Positions 8,438 through 18,931 of a stretch of DNA of 60,139 nt are shown here, in pieces. Made by a program: the position numbers and the translations under genes. Each line of letters begins with the position of its first letter. Position 1 is the first letter of the stretch. Below the pieces are notes generated by a model, which saw nothing but the letters and a program-made list of their open reading frames with translations, had not been told where the DNA came from and ran no database searches. This DNA is from Bacteroidota bacterium (GTDB taxonomy: Bacteria; Bacteroidota; Bacteroidia; JABEUT01): the NCBI GenBank assembly GCA_021823405.1, contig JAKAOA010000003.1, positions 1 to 60,139 of the forward strand, written 5' to 3'.

Positions 8438-10855
8438 TTAATGAACAAATACTTTTACATACTGGTATTGCTGATATTTTTCTTGATCCTGTGCATCTTC
8501 AGCATAATCGGGACCTTGAACTTCGGCATTCATCTCAAATCTCAATTTCTTGACATTCGCCTGTCTTTTTTTAAGGGCGTTCAGAATTGTTGTCTTTTCG
8601 GATTGCCCTCTTTTTTCCGCCAGTATCCTGTTGCTGTTTTCGTATTGGGCGCTTGTAGGTACTTTGGATGCGCTGGATTGAATGGTTACCGTTACCGAAT
8701 CGTGCATCAGCCGGTTCCTGATTTTATTTATCAAAGCGATAAAATTACTTGCTTTCTGTATATTCTGGTCGGCATTATATTTGAAATATTCAACAAAATC
8801 GGCATCTTCGGCAGATATTCGGATAATCTTCGGGGCAACTGCTGCAACTCTTGATATCTCCGATAAATCATCAAGATTGGCGGGTAAGTCGTGATAATAA
8901 TATGAGTCCTCGGTATTCTGATCGAAATTGCGCACTACTTTACCTTTGCTGTTCGCAAGTAAAAGTTTCTTCAGATGTTTTAACTTGGTATCCTTCAAAT
9001 CAATCTTTATTTGGTAACTCTTATTTCTCGGCAGCTTATAGAAAGTAAAGTGACCATGTTTATCGGTTAGGGTTGTTTGAATAACATTGCCTTTCTCATC
9101 AATCAACTGTATCTGCATATTAGCCAGTGGAGTGAGTGGTGCATCATTCAATAGAATTGAGCCGGTCATTGAATCGAGGGGCGTTTTTGGTTTTGGTACG
9201 AACACGTTGGTTGTATCGCCCAGAATAATTCCAGTCCGGAAGAAGGCGCGCGATAGCGAGTAGTATGAGCTATCTGCTGGTAGATAGAAATTTTGGTTGA
9301 ACACATTCTTGCCCTGGGTAGAAATTACCACATTATAAGTTTGATTCGGGCGCAGTACTTGCAGAAATTTACCGGTTTTCGGATTGGTTCTCGCCTTTAT
9401 CACATTTTTATGTCCATTCACCGCCGATGTTTTTATTATAATATCATTCGGTATGGGTTTATTATCCGGCGAGCGTATATAGCCCGAAAGCACTGCAACA
9501 TGTTTTACGGGTAAGGGAACGTTAAATATGACCTCATAAATATCTTTTTCTCCTATCTCATCCTTTCTAACGGTACTGTAATACGCTCTTCTTCCATCAG
9601 GCGATACGTTAAAATAGGCATCATCGTCGGGGGTATTGATAGGATACCCGAGGTTTGTCGGCTTTCCCCATGTTGCTCCCGTATCCATCTGCGCCATGAA
9701 TACATCAAAGCCCCCCATAGTGTTATGACCTTTTGAACTGAAAAATAATGTTGAGTCATCGGCGTGTATAAAGGGTGCATCTTCGTCATATTCGGTATTG
9801 ATGTTCGGTCCCAGATTAACTGGCTGGCTCCATCTACCACTGTCGGAAATGGTTATTTTGTATAAATCGGCGCCGCCGATTCCGCCTGCCCGATCGCTTG
9901 AAAAAATAAGCGTTTTACCATCCGGGCTGATACAGGCACCCCTGCCGGCAGTACCGTTGTTTATCGTACCCGGGCTAGCCGAATCCAATGTCTGACCTCC
10001 GCTCCACTGCATACCGCGCAGATAACTTACATAGAGGTTATTGGCGCCGGTTTCCGACTGAACGAAGAATAACTCCTGTCCGTCTGGCGAAACAGAAAGG
10101 GTTGCATTGTTTCCGCCTGCATTTACCGTATTGCCAAGAGTTTTAGCTTTTGTCCAGGAGTTGTCAGTTTTAGGATAGGATATCCACATTTGTTCATTGT
10201 AAAACCCTAAAGAATCTTTTTCAGAGTTAGAGTCATTAATACCACCTAATCGGCGGGAGGTAAATAGAATTTCCTGTTCATCGGCGGAAACAGCCGGATT
10301 ATAATCGGGATACTTACTGTTTATGCTGTCACCCATGTTTATTATTTTGCAATCTACAGGCGATTTTACAAGTTCAATACCGCTACTGCAACAGTTGATC
10401 CAATAATCTATATCCTTCTGGCGAGGGTCGGATTTGGACAACATTTTTTTGAATACATTAAAGCTATAAATGGCATCGTTAAATAGATAATTTATATGTT
10501 GTGCGCGGGCGTAGTAGTAATAGGCGGGTGCTGGCGCATCCTTTTCGTACGGGTCATCGGGCGTATATCTTGATGTGATATGCGCAGCTGCCTTTTGGAG
10601 GTATGGCAGCGCCTTATATTTATAAGCGGGGGTTTCAAGATAGAGTTGTCCGATAAAATAACATACGTTGGCATTCTGCGTATCTGCCTTGTAAAGTTGC
10701 AGGAAGGTTCTTAATGATGAGTCGCTAAGGTGTTCATTCATCATCAGGTTGCCTTGTGTGAACAGGTAACGGATATTCTCGTTCCCTGAACCCTTCTGCG
10801 CAGACAGGTGGAGAGAGATAATTGTTAAAACCGCTACTGCGATAATTTTTTTCAA
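8438..10855 (-). CDS. TPR / PD40 (TolB-like beta-propeller) / CarboxypepD_reg-like envelope protein with a divergent OmpA-like C-terminus.
   Basis: Signal peptide, repeated SPDG/SADE PD40-type motifs, GSILLND..GHFTFYKLP, and a C-terminus reading TVTIQSSASKVPT..NSNRILAEKRG. Confidence 0.8.
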   Translation of the reverse strand: MKKIIAVAVLTIISLHLSAQKGSGNENIRYLFTQGNLMMNEHLSDSSLRTFLQLYKADTQNANVCYFIGQLYLETPAYKYKALPYLQKAAAHITSRYTPDDPYEKDAPAPAYYYYARAQHINYLFNDAIYSFNVFKKMLSKSDPRQKDIDYWINCCSSGIELVKSPVDCKIINMGDSINSKYPDYNPAVSADEQEILFTSRRLGGINDSNSEKDSLGFYNEQMWISYPKTDNSWTKAKTLGNTVNAGGNNATLSVSPDGQELFFVQSETGANNLYVSYLRGMQWSGGQTLDSASPGTINNGTAGRGACISPDGKTLIFSSDRAGGIGGADLYKITISDSGRWSQPVNLGPNINTEYDEDAPFIHADDSTLFFSSKGHNTMGGFDVFMAQMDTGATWGKPTNLGYPINTPDDDAYFNVSPDGRRAYYSTVRKDEIGEKDIYEVIFNVPLPVKHVAVLSGYIRSPDNKPIPNDIIIKTSAVNGHKNVIKARTNPKTGKFLQVLRPNQTYNVVISTQGKNVFNQNFYLPADSSYYSLSRAFFRTGIILGDTTNVFVPKPKTPLDSMTGSILLNDAPLTPLANMQIQLIDEKGNVIQTTLTDKHGHFTFYKLPRNKSYQIKIDLKDTKLKHLKKLLLANSKGKVVRNFDQNTEDSYYYHDLPANLDDLSEISRVAAVAPKIIRISAEDADFVEYFKYNADQNIQKASNFIALINKIRNRLMHDSVTVTIQSSASKVPTSAQYENSNRILAEKRGQSEKTTILNALKKRQANVKKLRFEMNAEVQGPDYAEDAQDQEKYQQYQYVKVFVH

Positions 10856-10875
10856 GCAGGTAAACTGTTAGTTAC

Positions 10876-13419
10876 TTATTTTACATATACCTTGACGAAC
10901 TGATACCACTGATATTTTGATTCATCATCCGCATCATGCCGGTAAGCAGGACCATTCACCTTGGAGCGTGTCTGTATATCAAGGTTTGATATGTCCGCCT
11001 GTTTATTTTTCAATGCTTCTATTATTACCTCTTTTGCCAGTTTAGCTCTGTCTTCCGACAGCCCTTTATTCCCTTTTGCAAATATATGAGTCGGTACTTT
11101 AGAGGCGCTTGCTACAATAATAACGGTAACCCTACCGCTGGCAAGCAGGGTTGATATTTTATCTATAAGACCTGTAAATCCATCGTCTTTTTCTGAAATG
11201 GAGTTGGTGTTATACCCAAAATATCTGACGAAATCGGGAGCGGCGGAAAGCAGGACTTTTTTCCCTTTAGTCCCTTTGCGTTCCTGCGTTGATGCTGCAG
11301 GAATAACGGTGGTATCGGGTGCGGCGGCGACAGGGTTAACCTTAACTATTCGTTCCTGTACAAGTTCAGGTAATTTATTCAGGTCGGCAGGCAAATCGTG
11401 GTAATAATATTTCTTTTTCTTCGTCTCGTCGAAATTGCGTACCACTTTGCCGTCCGAATTTACGAGTAGCAATTTTTTCAAACGCATTTTTGTCTCTTTT
11501 TCATCGATTCCAATTATAAATGCGCCATCGGGGTTGAGGTCTTTGAAAGTAAAAGCGCCATCGGTTCCCGTTACTGTTTTTTGAATTACTTTTCCATCAC
11601 TTGCGATAAGCTGTATCTCTGTTTCAGATAATGGTTCCACAGGACTATTATTTAATAAAACCCTTCCGATCATATCCGCTGTTGTAACCTTCTTTTCAGT
11701 TTTTACGGCTACTGCCGCGGCTTTCTTTTTAGGAACAAAGACGTTGTTAGTATCGCCTAGTATAATTACAGACCGGAAAAAGGCGCGGGTTAGGTTTGAA
11801 TAGGAGCTATCGGCTGAAAGAAAGAACTTTTGGTTGAATACATTTTTCCCTTGGGTGGAGATTGTTATATTGTAGTTCCTGTCAGGGCGCATAACCTGAA
11901 GGAATTTTCCGGAAATATAATTTACCGGTACGGTAACGCTATATGTTCCGCCTACCATACCGGCGGTAACCTTCAGGTCATTAGGCAAGCGGCTTCCGTC
12001 CGGGGTTTTTATGTATCCTACAAGAACAGCCACAGGTTGTACCGACAGCGGCTGCCTGAAAATCGCCTCGTAAATATCCCGCTCATCTATCCCATCATTT
12101 CTTATAGATGTGTAGTATGCCCTTCGCCCGTCTGCGGATACCGTGAAGTTTATATCATCATCAGGGCTATTTATCGGGTAGCCAAGATTTTTAACCTTTC
12201 CCCATTTGCCGGATGCATCTTCCTGTGCGCTGAACACATCGAAGCCCCCCATGGTATTATGTCCCTTTGAACTGAAATACATGGTAGAGTCATCGGGATG
12301 GATAAAGGGTGCATCTTCATCGTACTGGGTATTCACTAAACTTCCGAGATTCACTGGGTCATCCCATTTGCCGTTACTCTCTATGTTTATTTTGTAAAGG
12401 TCGGTGCCTCCGAAACCGCCTGCTCTCCTGCTCGCAAATATCAGTGTATGCTGGTCGGGACTTAGGCAGCAGTTTGGCTCAAATGTATGGCTATTCACAG
12501 CGCCCATGTCGAATGAATCTATTGCCTGGGGGTAGGTCCATTGCGTTCCTTTAAGGTAGCTCACCATCAGGTTGCCGTTTTTCCCTTCGGAAAGCATGGA
12601 GTTGTCTTGGTAAATTATCAGTTCCTGACCATCCGGCGAGAGGTAAACTGCCCTGTCGTTCCGCGGAGAATTAACCGGAGACCCGAGATTGCTCGCCTGT
12701 GTCCACCCGCCATCAGGTTTTGCATTTGTAATCCAGACATCTTCATAATAATGCCCGTTAATATCTTTATTCGAGTCGCCGTTGGACAGAGGGCGGCAGG
12801 AGGTAAAAAACAATTCCTGTTCATCGGCGCTTACAACCGGACCAAAGTCAGGATAACGGCTGTTCACACTGTCTCCGAGCTTAATAATCTTACAATCCAC
12901 CGGGTATTGCATAAGGTCTTTTGCGTTGTTGCAGCAGTTAATCCAGTAATCGATAGAATCGGCATCAGCAGTTAGCAGCTTTTTGAACCTGTTGAAATTT
13001 AAAATTGCATCATCGAATTTATAGTCCAGATGTTGCGCGCGCGCAAGATAAAAGTACGCTATCGGCGGGGCGTCTTTTTCATAAGGGTCGTCGGGATGAT
13101 AGTTATCGGTTACATGCGCCGCGGCTTTTTCAAGATAGCGCAATGCCTTCGTCTTCCGTGCGGTCGTTTGCAGGTAGAGTTCTCCAATAAGGTAACAGAC
13201 ATTTGCATTTGAACTGTCTGTTTTATACATTGCCAGAAAGGTCATTAATGCGGAGTCGTTAAAATGCTCCCCCATCATCAGATTCGCCTGTGTGAAAGAT
13301 TTTCTCCAGCTTTCGCTGACGTTGTTGGCGGGCTGGGCGCTTGCCCTGAAATGTGAAACAGCGAGGGTAAAAGAAATAAATATTATTGTAAAAATCGTAA
13401 CTTGTTTAGAGGAGTACAT
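10876..13419 (-). CDS. Paralog of the preceding TPR/PD40 envelope protein.
   Basis: Collinear similarity to the 805-aa neighbour, for example ANVCYLIGELYLQ..PDDPYEKDAP..DEDAPFIHPDDST..GHNTMGGFDVF. Confidence 0.8.
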   Translation of the reverse strand: MYSSKQVTIFTIIFISFTLAVSHFRASAQPANNVSESWRKSFTQANLMMGEHFNDSALMTFLAMYKTDSSNANVCYLIGELYLQTTARKTKALRYLEKAAAHVTDNYHPDDPYEKDAPPIAYFYLARAQHLDYKFDDAILNFNRFKKLLTADADSIDYWINCCNNAKDLMQYPVDCKIIKLGDSVNSRYPDFGPVVSADEQELFFTSCRPLSNGDSNKDINGHYYEDVWITNAKPDGGWTQASNLGSPVNSPRNDRAVYLSPDGQELIIYQDNSMLSEGKNGNLMVSYLKGTQWTYPQAIDSFDMGAVNSHTFEPNCCLSPDQHTLIFASRRAGGFGGTDLYKINIESNGKWDDPVNLGSLVNTQYDEDAPFIHPDDSTMYFSSKGHNTMGGFDVFSAQEDASGKWGKVKNLGYPINSPDDDINFTVSADGRRAYYTSIRNDGIDERDIYEAIFRQPLSVQPVAVLVGYIKTPDGSRLPNDLKVTAGMVGGTYSVTVPVNYISGKFLQVMRPDRNYNITISTQGKNVFNQKFFLSADSSYSNLTRAFFRSVIILGDTNNVFVPKKKAAAVAVKTEKKVTTADMIGRVLLNNSPVEPLSETEIQLIASDGKVIQKTVTGTDGAFTFKDLNPDGAFIIGIDEKETKMRLKKLLLVNSDGKVVRNFDETKKKKYYYHDLPADLNKLPELVQERIVKVNPVAAAPDTTVIPAASTQERKGTKGKKVLLSAAPDFVRYFGYNTNSISEKDDGFTGLIDKISTLLASGRVTVIIVASASKVPTHIFAKGNKGLSEDRAKLAKEVIIEALKNKQADISNLDIQTRSKVNGPAYRHDADDESKYQWYQFVKVYVK

Positions 13420-13733
13420 GTTCTTATTTTAAAGAGTGTTCATTTAGCCAGAAAATTATGTCACCCAAAAGTAAAGTTTTTTTACTAAAAATGGTCAGTT
13501 TTCCTATAAATATCAGTTTTGACGGACAAATTACGCCTATTAAAGCGCCCTATCCGGTTCAGATTCATCAGCTAAATCATATTTGGAAGAACGGCGTATT
13601 TATTGCAATAACGGTTGGAGGCGAAAAAACGGAGCAGGTCGCCGCAAAACTGCTAACTGTCTTTTGTTTTAATGGGCTTCGGTTAATTGCATGTTAAATT
13701 TTAATAATATTGGCAAGAAATTTACTAATCTGA

Positions 13734-14588
13734 ATGATGACTCTAATAGCAGATAGCGGTTCTACAAAGGCGGCATGGCGGCTGATTGACAAGAGCGGCG
13801 GCGTTCGCAGTTTACATACTGAAGGGCTTAATCCCTATTTCAAAACAAAGACGGAAATTATTGATGAGGTTAGGAATACATTGATACCCGGTTTCCAATC
13901 AGCCGCATTGGTAAAAAAGGTATTTTTCTATGGCGCCGGATGTTCGGGTCCTGAAAAATGTAAGCTGGTAAAAGATGCCCTATCGGAATGTTTTCCTCAA
14001 GCGAAAATAACCGTAGAGCATGATATTCTGGCTGCGGCGCATGCTACATGCGGAAACTCACACGGGATAGTGAATATTCTCGGAACAGGGTCTAATTCAT
14101 GTTTGTACGATGGCAAAAAGATTATAGACCAAATTGGCGGGTTGGGACATATATTAGGAGACGAAGGCAGCGGGGCGCACTTGGGGAAGAACCTGTTGGA
14201 GGATTTTATGAATCATGCTCTGCCAAAGGATTTAGAAGATGATTTTAAACAGAACTTCCACCTTGGAAAGGAAGAAATTAAGATGCGGGTTTACGAAAAA
14301 CCGCTTCCAAACCGCTTTTTAGCTTCGTTCGGTTGTTTTATCGGCGAAAGGAAAGGGCATCCGTATTTTTCGGGGATGATAGGGAACTGCTTTAATATTT
14401 TTCTTGAAAAGCATGTTTGTATGTACCCCGATTATAAAGTAATGCAGGTGCATTTTGTAGGTTCGGTTGCATACTTTTTCAGCGATATACTTAAGAAGAC
14501 GGCCAGAGCAAAGGGAATTAAAATCGGGAAAATTTTACCTTACCCGATTGAAGGGCTGACCGAATACCATCTAAAAAAAGTAAGGTAA
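13734..14588 (+). CDS. N-acetylglucosamine kinase-like ATPase (BadF/BadG/BcrA/BcrD family).
   Basis: LIADSGSTKAAW, ILGTGSNS and GDEGSGAHLG motifs. Confidence 0.85.
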   Translation: MMTLIADSGSTKAAWRLIDKSGGVRSLHTEGLNPYFKTKTEIIDEVRNTLIPGFQSAALVKKVFFYGAGCSGPEKCKLVKDALSECFPQAKITVEHDILAAAHATCGNSHGIVNILGTGSNSCLYDGKKIIDQIGGLGHILGDEGSGAHLGKNLLEDFMNHALPKDLEDDFKQNFHLGKEEIKMRVYEKPLPNRFLASFGCFIGERKGHPYFSGMIGNCFNIFLEKHVCMYPDYKVMQVHFVGSVAYFFSDILKKTARAKGIKIGKILPYPIEGLTEYHLKKVR

Positions 14589-14748
14589 TCAGGTTAGGAT
14601 AATTTACCCTCTGCAGGCAAACTTTATTTGTCGGATTGCAGTAAGGCGCCTCAACCGGAATGACAGCACGATTACCACATTATCTTGTAACATAGCAGAT
14701 GCGTTAGTTTGTAAATACCTATCCGTTTTTTTAACGATTCTTCTTTCT

Positions 14749-15675
14749 CTATAAATTCTTTTGCGGAATCAGAGTTTTAAAGGTTTTCATGGTTCTATCA
14801 AATCTGCCAAGTTTATAAAAATTGAAAATTCCGCAGTTCAAATGTCCCCTTAGTAAAAACCACTTCAGGAAAAATTGTTTTATTGTAAAAATGACTCTGA
14901 AAGGAACCAGAAATCCGGTTCGTTTTAACTTAAAATAGTATTTTAACAGCGTAACATCCTCAATAAAATCAGGAGCGTTGTTCACATAAACCAGAATATT
15001 ACAAAGATTGGCTAGTGCGTCATCGGTCTTCTTTAGAAATTCTTTATTGGTCTCTAATCTGCCGTGAAGAACCGGATTTTCAATATGTTCAATCGCTACT
15101 TTTCTTTTCTTCAGTTCATAACCAAACAAGGTATCCTCGTGGCCGTATCCGGCAATCCGTTTGTCGAACAGGATGGATTCCAGGGTTTTTTTTGCTATCA
15201 TAAAATTATTGGTCATGAACGATCTGTATGGATGCCTCATGCGCTCCGTTGCCGGCTTGCTTTCGTTCCTTCTGCCATAATTCCAGTGGAGATGGTATTG
15301 TTCCGGAGGCGATAGGTTTGTGTAAATCCTTCCACCGCAAACAACTTTCGCTCCTCTTCCTGTTTCCCGCAGATAGTGTGCTATAAAGTCGGAGGAAATA
15401 ATGCGAGAATCGGCATCAAGAAATAAAAGCCAGTCATGTCGGGCATATTTCAGAAATTCATTCCTTGTCCTGCTGCGTCCAATGTTCTGCAGCAATTCGA
15501 TATATCTAACTAACTCGCCTGTTAGTTTGCTGTTAGCGGACCTGAAATTATCCGCTGAACAATCATCAATCAAAAGTATTTCAATAGGCGCATTACTTTT
15601 CTTCTGCTCTGAAAGCAATGATTCAACGAGCGGTTTTACTTCAATATTAAATATGGGTATACAAACGGATAGCAT
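14749..15675 (-). CDS. Glycosyltransferase family 2.
   Basis: LSVCIPIFN, LLIDDCSAD and FLDADS motifs. Confidence 0.85.
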   Translation of the reverse strand: MLSVCIPIFNIEVKPLVESLLSEQKKSNAPIEILLIDDCSADNFRSANSKLTGELVRYIELLQNIGRSRTRNEFLKYARHDWLLFLDADSRIISSDFIAHYLRETGRGAKVVCGGRIYTNLSPPEQYHLHWNYGRRNESKPATERMRHPYRSFMTNNFMIAKKTLESILFDKRIAGYGHEDTLFGYELKKRKVAIEHIENPVLHGRLETNKEFLKKTDDALANLCNILVYVNNAPDFIEDVTLLKYYFKLKRTGFLVPFRVIFTIKQFFLKWFLLRGHLNCGIFNFYKLGRFDRTMKTFKTLIPQKNL

Positions 15676-15796
15676 GATTTAGCTCTGCGCAGGGTTACGG
15701 AAAGCGACTAAAGTAAGCATTATAGAATCAGCAAATGTATAAATCAGCGGAGATGGCGTTTATTAACCGAAGTTAAATTTCACCGCCGGTTCTCAA

Positions 15797-16336
15797 TCAT
15801 TCTGGAACGAATTCGCGTTGTCTCGGAGGCGGTCCTTGCTGTCGTCTTATCAGTTGTTTCAGCAAATAAATTTTGAATTCATCTTCGGCAAGATAGAATT
15901 TTGCAACCTTCCGGATGGGTAACACCTGTTCGAACTTTACCAGATATTGCTTTTCCAGGTCGAGTTCACGAGTCCTTTCGTCGGTTTCGTCAGCTATCCA
16001 CTTTTGCACTTGGGCATCTGTCATTTTATCGAAACCTCCTGCTTTGTTTACCATTGCCTTATCGTCATCTCTCTGTTTTTTAAGTTCATCTTTTGCACTA
16101 CGGTAATCATCATACACGGGCCAGAATTTTTGCGCTTCAGCATCGGTAAGATTTATTTTTTCAGTAATATATGAGGTGTGCAAGTCGTTTAATCTGTTTC
16201 TTCTGTCTTGGGCATGTGAAGCTGAAAAGCCGAATATGAGCAGGAACAGGTAAAGTGATGATAGGGTTGTTACTGGCAAATATCCGGGATTACTGAATAA
16301 TCGCAACTTTTTGAATTTTATTTGTGCTGATTTCAT
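15797..16336 (-). CDS. Periplasmic helical protein, Spy/CpxP-like by pattern. Third gene of the ECF sigma operon.
   Basis: Signal/TM segment, LTDAEAQKFWPVYDDY, and charged helices. It starts 4 nt downstream of the anti-sigma gene. Confidence 0.6.
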   Translation of the reverse strand: MKSAQIKFKKLRLFSNPGYLPVTTLSSLYLFLLIFGFSASHAQDRRNRLNDLHTSYITEKINLTDAEAQKFWPVYDDYRSAKDELKKQRDDDKAMVNKAGGFDKMTDAQVQKWIADETDERTRELDLEKQYLVKFEQVLPIRKVAKFYLAEDEFKIYLLKQLIRRQQGPPPRQREFVPE

Positions 16337-16339
16337 GTA

Positions 16340-16876
16340 TTATAGTTCTTTTTCAATATCCGAGGCGTCGATATTATTGTTTATCAAATAATTAATTATC
16401 TGACCGCCGGAGCTATCCTGTATATCTGCATCCGGTATGTTCACCGGCAGCACCTCATCCTGATTATTTACCATATTTTCGAGGGCGCTTACATCTACAT
16501 ACGCTATATTATTCTGAACGGATGCCATTAGTACGCTGTCGGGGATGGTTGCGGCAATGCTTTCATATTTTTCAAGCGGCTTATTGCCTTCGCGGCGGAG
16601 GTAAACAGATAGGGCGATAACCGCAATAAGGACAGCAAAAATAGATTGCGGCTTAAAAAGCAGGAATGCCCTGTTGTAATTGACCGATGGCATCCGTTTT
16701 GTATTCTCCCTGCATTGTGCCATTATCTGCGAAGGCAGGTTATCGAAATACCCTTCGGGCACGGTGAAGGGGTTACTTTTCGGAATAGTCCTTAATAAAG
16801 GAGCATCATCCAAGGGATTCCATCTGTCCGTATCCGTATTAGATTTCTCCGGTTCTATGTTTCTTTTGCCTGTCAT
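16340..16876 (-). CDS. Putative anti-sigma factor with a single TM segment.
   Basis: Lies immediately downstream of the ECF sigma gene and has a central TM segment IFAVLIAVIALSVYL. Confidence 0.6.
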   Translation of the reverse strand: MTGKRNIEPEKSNTDTDRWNPLDDAPLLRTIPKSNPFTVPEGYFDNLPSQIMAQCRENTKRMPSVNYNRAFLLFKPQSIFAVLIAVIALSVYLRREGNKPLEKYESIAATIPDSVLMASVQNNIAYVDVSALENMVNNQDEVLPVNIPDADIQDSSGGQIINYLINNNIDASDIEKEL

Positions 16877-16910
16877 TGTAAGCTTTTGACATGAGTAAGG
16901 TTGGGAAAGT

Positions 16911-17474
16911 TTAATTCTTCCTTAAAAATTCTTCAATTTTCTTTACTGCATGATGAAATGACGCCTTTAATGCCCCCACCGAAGTATCAAGCGCCTCTGC
17001 CATCTCTTCGTATTTCATTTCCTCAAAGTATTTGAGGTTAAATACAATACGTTGCTTTTCAGGTAACCGCAATATCGCATCCTGTAACTTTTTTTCCACC
17101 TCGTCGCCTTTAAAATAGCTGCTGTCGCGCAATTTTCTCGATAGAGCGAATTCAACCTTTTCAAAAGATACGAACATGTTCAATTTCTTTTGTTTTAAGA
17201 AGGTGAGCGATTCATTTACGGCAATCCGGTAAAGCCATGTATAAAGCCGTGAAGATTCTTTAAAATTATCAAGGTTTTTCCATACTTTTATAAATACATT
17301 CTGTACTACATCGTTGGCGTCCTCGTGGTCGATTACTATGCGTCTGACTTGCCAATATATGCGTTTCTGGTATTTAGTGACAAGCTGGTGAAAAGCAAGA
17401 TTCCGGGTATCCGGGTTGCGGAATTGCTTAAGTAAGGCGGCATCCGCCGCTGCTTCATCCTCTTCCGCCGCCAT
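16911..17474 (-). CDS. RNA polymerase ECF-type sigma-70 factor.
   Basis: Region 2 DANDVVQNVFIKVW, and region 4 RIVFNLKYFEEMKYEEMAEALDTSVGALKASFHHAVKKI. Confidence 0.9.
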   Translation of the reverse strand: MAAEEDEAAADAALLKQFRNPDTRNLAFHQLVTKYQKRIYWQVRRIVIDHEDANDVVQNVFIKVWKNLDNFKESSRLYTWLYRIAVNESLTFLKQKKLNMFVSFEKVEFALSRKLRDSSYFKGDEVEKKLQDAILRLPEKQRIVFNLKYFEEMKYEEMAEALDTSVGALKASFHHAVKKIEEFLRKN

Positions 17475-17652
17475 ATATTATTTTGAATGGTAAATAGCTA
17501 TCAATCATATAGAAGGGGCTAAATAAACTCTCCCAAAATGAAGAATAAATGAATTGGGAGGGCAAAATAGCTTACTTGACATGAAAAAATGGGTTATACC
17601 TCGGTTTTTGCGCACATTTGATGCCTAATGCGTTTTGAATATATAAAATTAC

Positions 17653-17660
17653 TATCTTTG
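17653..17660 (+). promoter_or_regulatory. TAnnTTTG -7 box upstream of rpsF.
   Basis: TATCTTTG lies 20 nt upstream of the rpsF ATG. Confidence 0.45.
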
Positions 17661-17679
17661 CCGTCCATTTTAAAAAAAC

Positions 17680-18066
17680 ATGAATCAAAAAATTGCATAC
17701 GAGACCGTATTTATACTTACTCCTGTGCTTAGCGATGAGCAGACGAAGGAGGCAGTAGAGTTTTACCGTAAAACCCTGAAGGATAATGGCGCCAAAATAA
17801 CCAATGAAGAACATTGGGGCTTGCGTAAACTGGCTTATCCCATCGAAAAGAAAAGCACTGGCTTCTATCACGTAATGCAATTTGAGGCGCCCGGCTCTAT
17901 CGTGAAAAACCTTGAAATTACCTACCACCGCGATGAACGGATTTTACGTTTTCTTACTGTTTCATTAGACAAACATGCCATAACCTACCTTGAGAAGAGA
18001 AAAGCAAGGTTTGGCAAAAAAGAAGGCAAACCCGAAAAAAATAAAGCTGAATCAACTGTTTCATAA
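17680..18066 (+). CDS. rpsF: 30S ribosomal protein S6.
   Basis: [15 protein letters not shown]..., followed by rpsR and rplI in the conserved order. Confidence 0.95.
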   Translation: MNQKIAYETVFILTPVLSDEQTKEAVEFYRKTLKDNGAKITNEEHWGLRKLAYPIEKKSTGFYHVMQFEAPGSIVKNLEITYHRDERILRFLTVSLDKHAITYLEKRKARFGKKEGKPEKNKAESTVS

Positions 18067-18086
18067 TTGAACAAACCACTCCACTC

Positions 18087-18362
18087 ATGACAACGGAACC
18101 GAAAGGAAATGAAGTAAGGTATCTTACGCCGCCTCCGATAGAGGTGAAGAAAAAGAAGTATTGCCGCTTCCGCAAATACAACATTAAATATGTTGACTAT
18201 AAGAATCCCGACTTTTTGAAACATTTCATCAACGAGCAGGGAAAGTTATTGCCGGTGCGCATAACGGGCAATTCATCAAAATACCAGAGAAAAGTTGCCC
18301 AGGCGGTAAAACGTGCGCGCCACCTTGCATTGCTGCCTTTTGTGGGCGACCTGCTTAAATAA
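18087..18362 (+). CDS. rpsR: 30S ribosomal protein S18.
   Basis: [59 protein letters not shown]. Confidence 0.95.
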   Translation: MTTEPKGNEVRYLTPPPIEVKKKKYCRFRKYNIKYVDYKNPDFLKHFINEQGKLLPVRITGNSSKYQRKVAQAVKRARHLALLPFVGDLLK

Positions 18363-18403
18363 ATAATCATCGGAATTAATAATCAGTCGTGACCTTATAA
18401 ATC

Positions 18404-18850
18404 ATGGAAGTAATACTTACAAAAGACGTTGAGAACCTCGGCTCGCGGTTCGATTTAGTAAAAGTGCGTCCTGGATATGCGCGCAATTTTCTTATACCGC
18501 GCGGATATGCCGAAGCAGCCACTGAAAGCAGCCGCAAGGCTCTTGCCGAAACCCTGAAACAGAGGGCTCATAAAGAAGAAAAACTAAAGAAGGACGCTGA
18601 AACCACTGCATCCAAACTAAAAACTATATCGGTAAAAGTGCCGGCAAAGGTGGGTGAGAATAATAAGATTTTCGGTTCGGTGAATGCCATACAACTCGCC
18701 GAGGCGATACAAAAAGCAGGTCTTACGGTAGACCGCAAGAATATTGACCTGAAGGCGGACCACATTAAAACAACAGGTAGTTATACGGCTACCATACGCC
18801 TGCACAGGGATATTACCGTAGAAGTGCCCTTTGAAGTGGTGGCGGAATAA
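18404..18850 (+). CDS. rplI: 50S ribosomal protein L9.
   Basis: MEVILTKDVENLG...VKVRPGYARNFLIPRGYA. Confidence 0.95.
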   Translation: MEVILTKDVENLGSRFDLVKVRPGYARNFLIPRGYAEAATESSRKALAETLKQRAHKEEKLKKDAETTASKLKTISVKVPAKVGENNKIFGSVNAIQLAEAIQKAGLTVDRKNIDLKADHIKTTGSYTATIRLHRDITVEVPFEVVAE

Positions 18851-18931
18851 ACCTGGGCTAAAAGTGCTTCTGTTTATCTCCAGTGATAAGTAAGTATAGC
18901 ACTATATAAATTTTTTAATCTATAAATTGTT

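Noticed and set aside
13458-13697. 79-aa plus-strand ORF between the PD40 paralog and the GlcNAc kinase-like gene.
   Set aside because: It has no motifs and sits in a divergent promoter region. It is probably non-coding.
17572-17928. 118-aa minus-strand ORF.
   Set aside because: It is antisense to rpsF and its promoter, so it is a shadow ORF.
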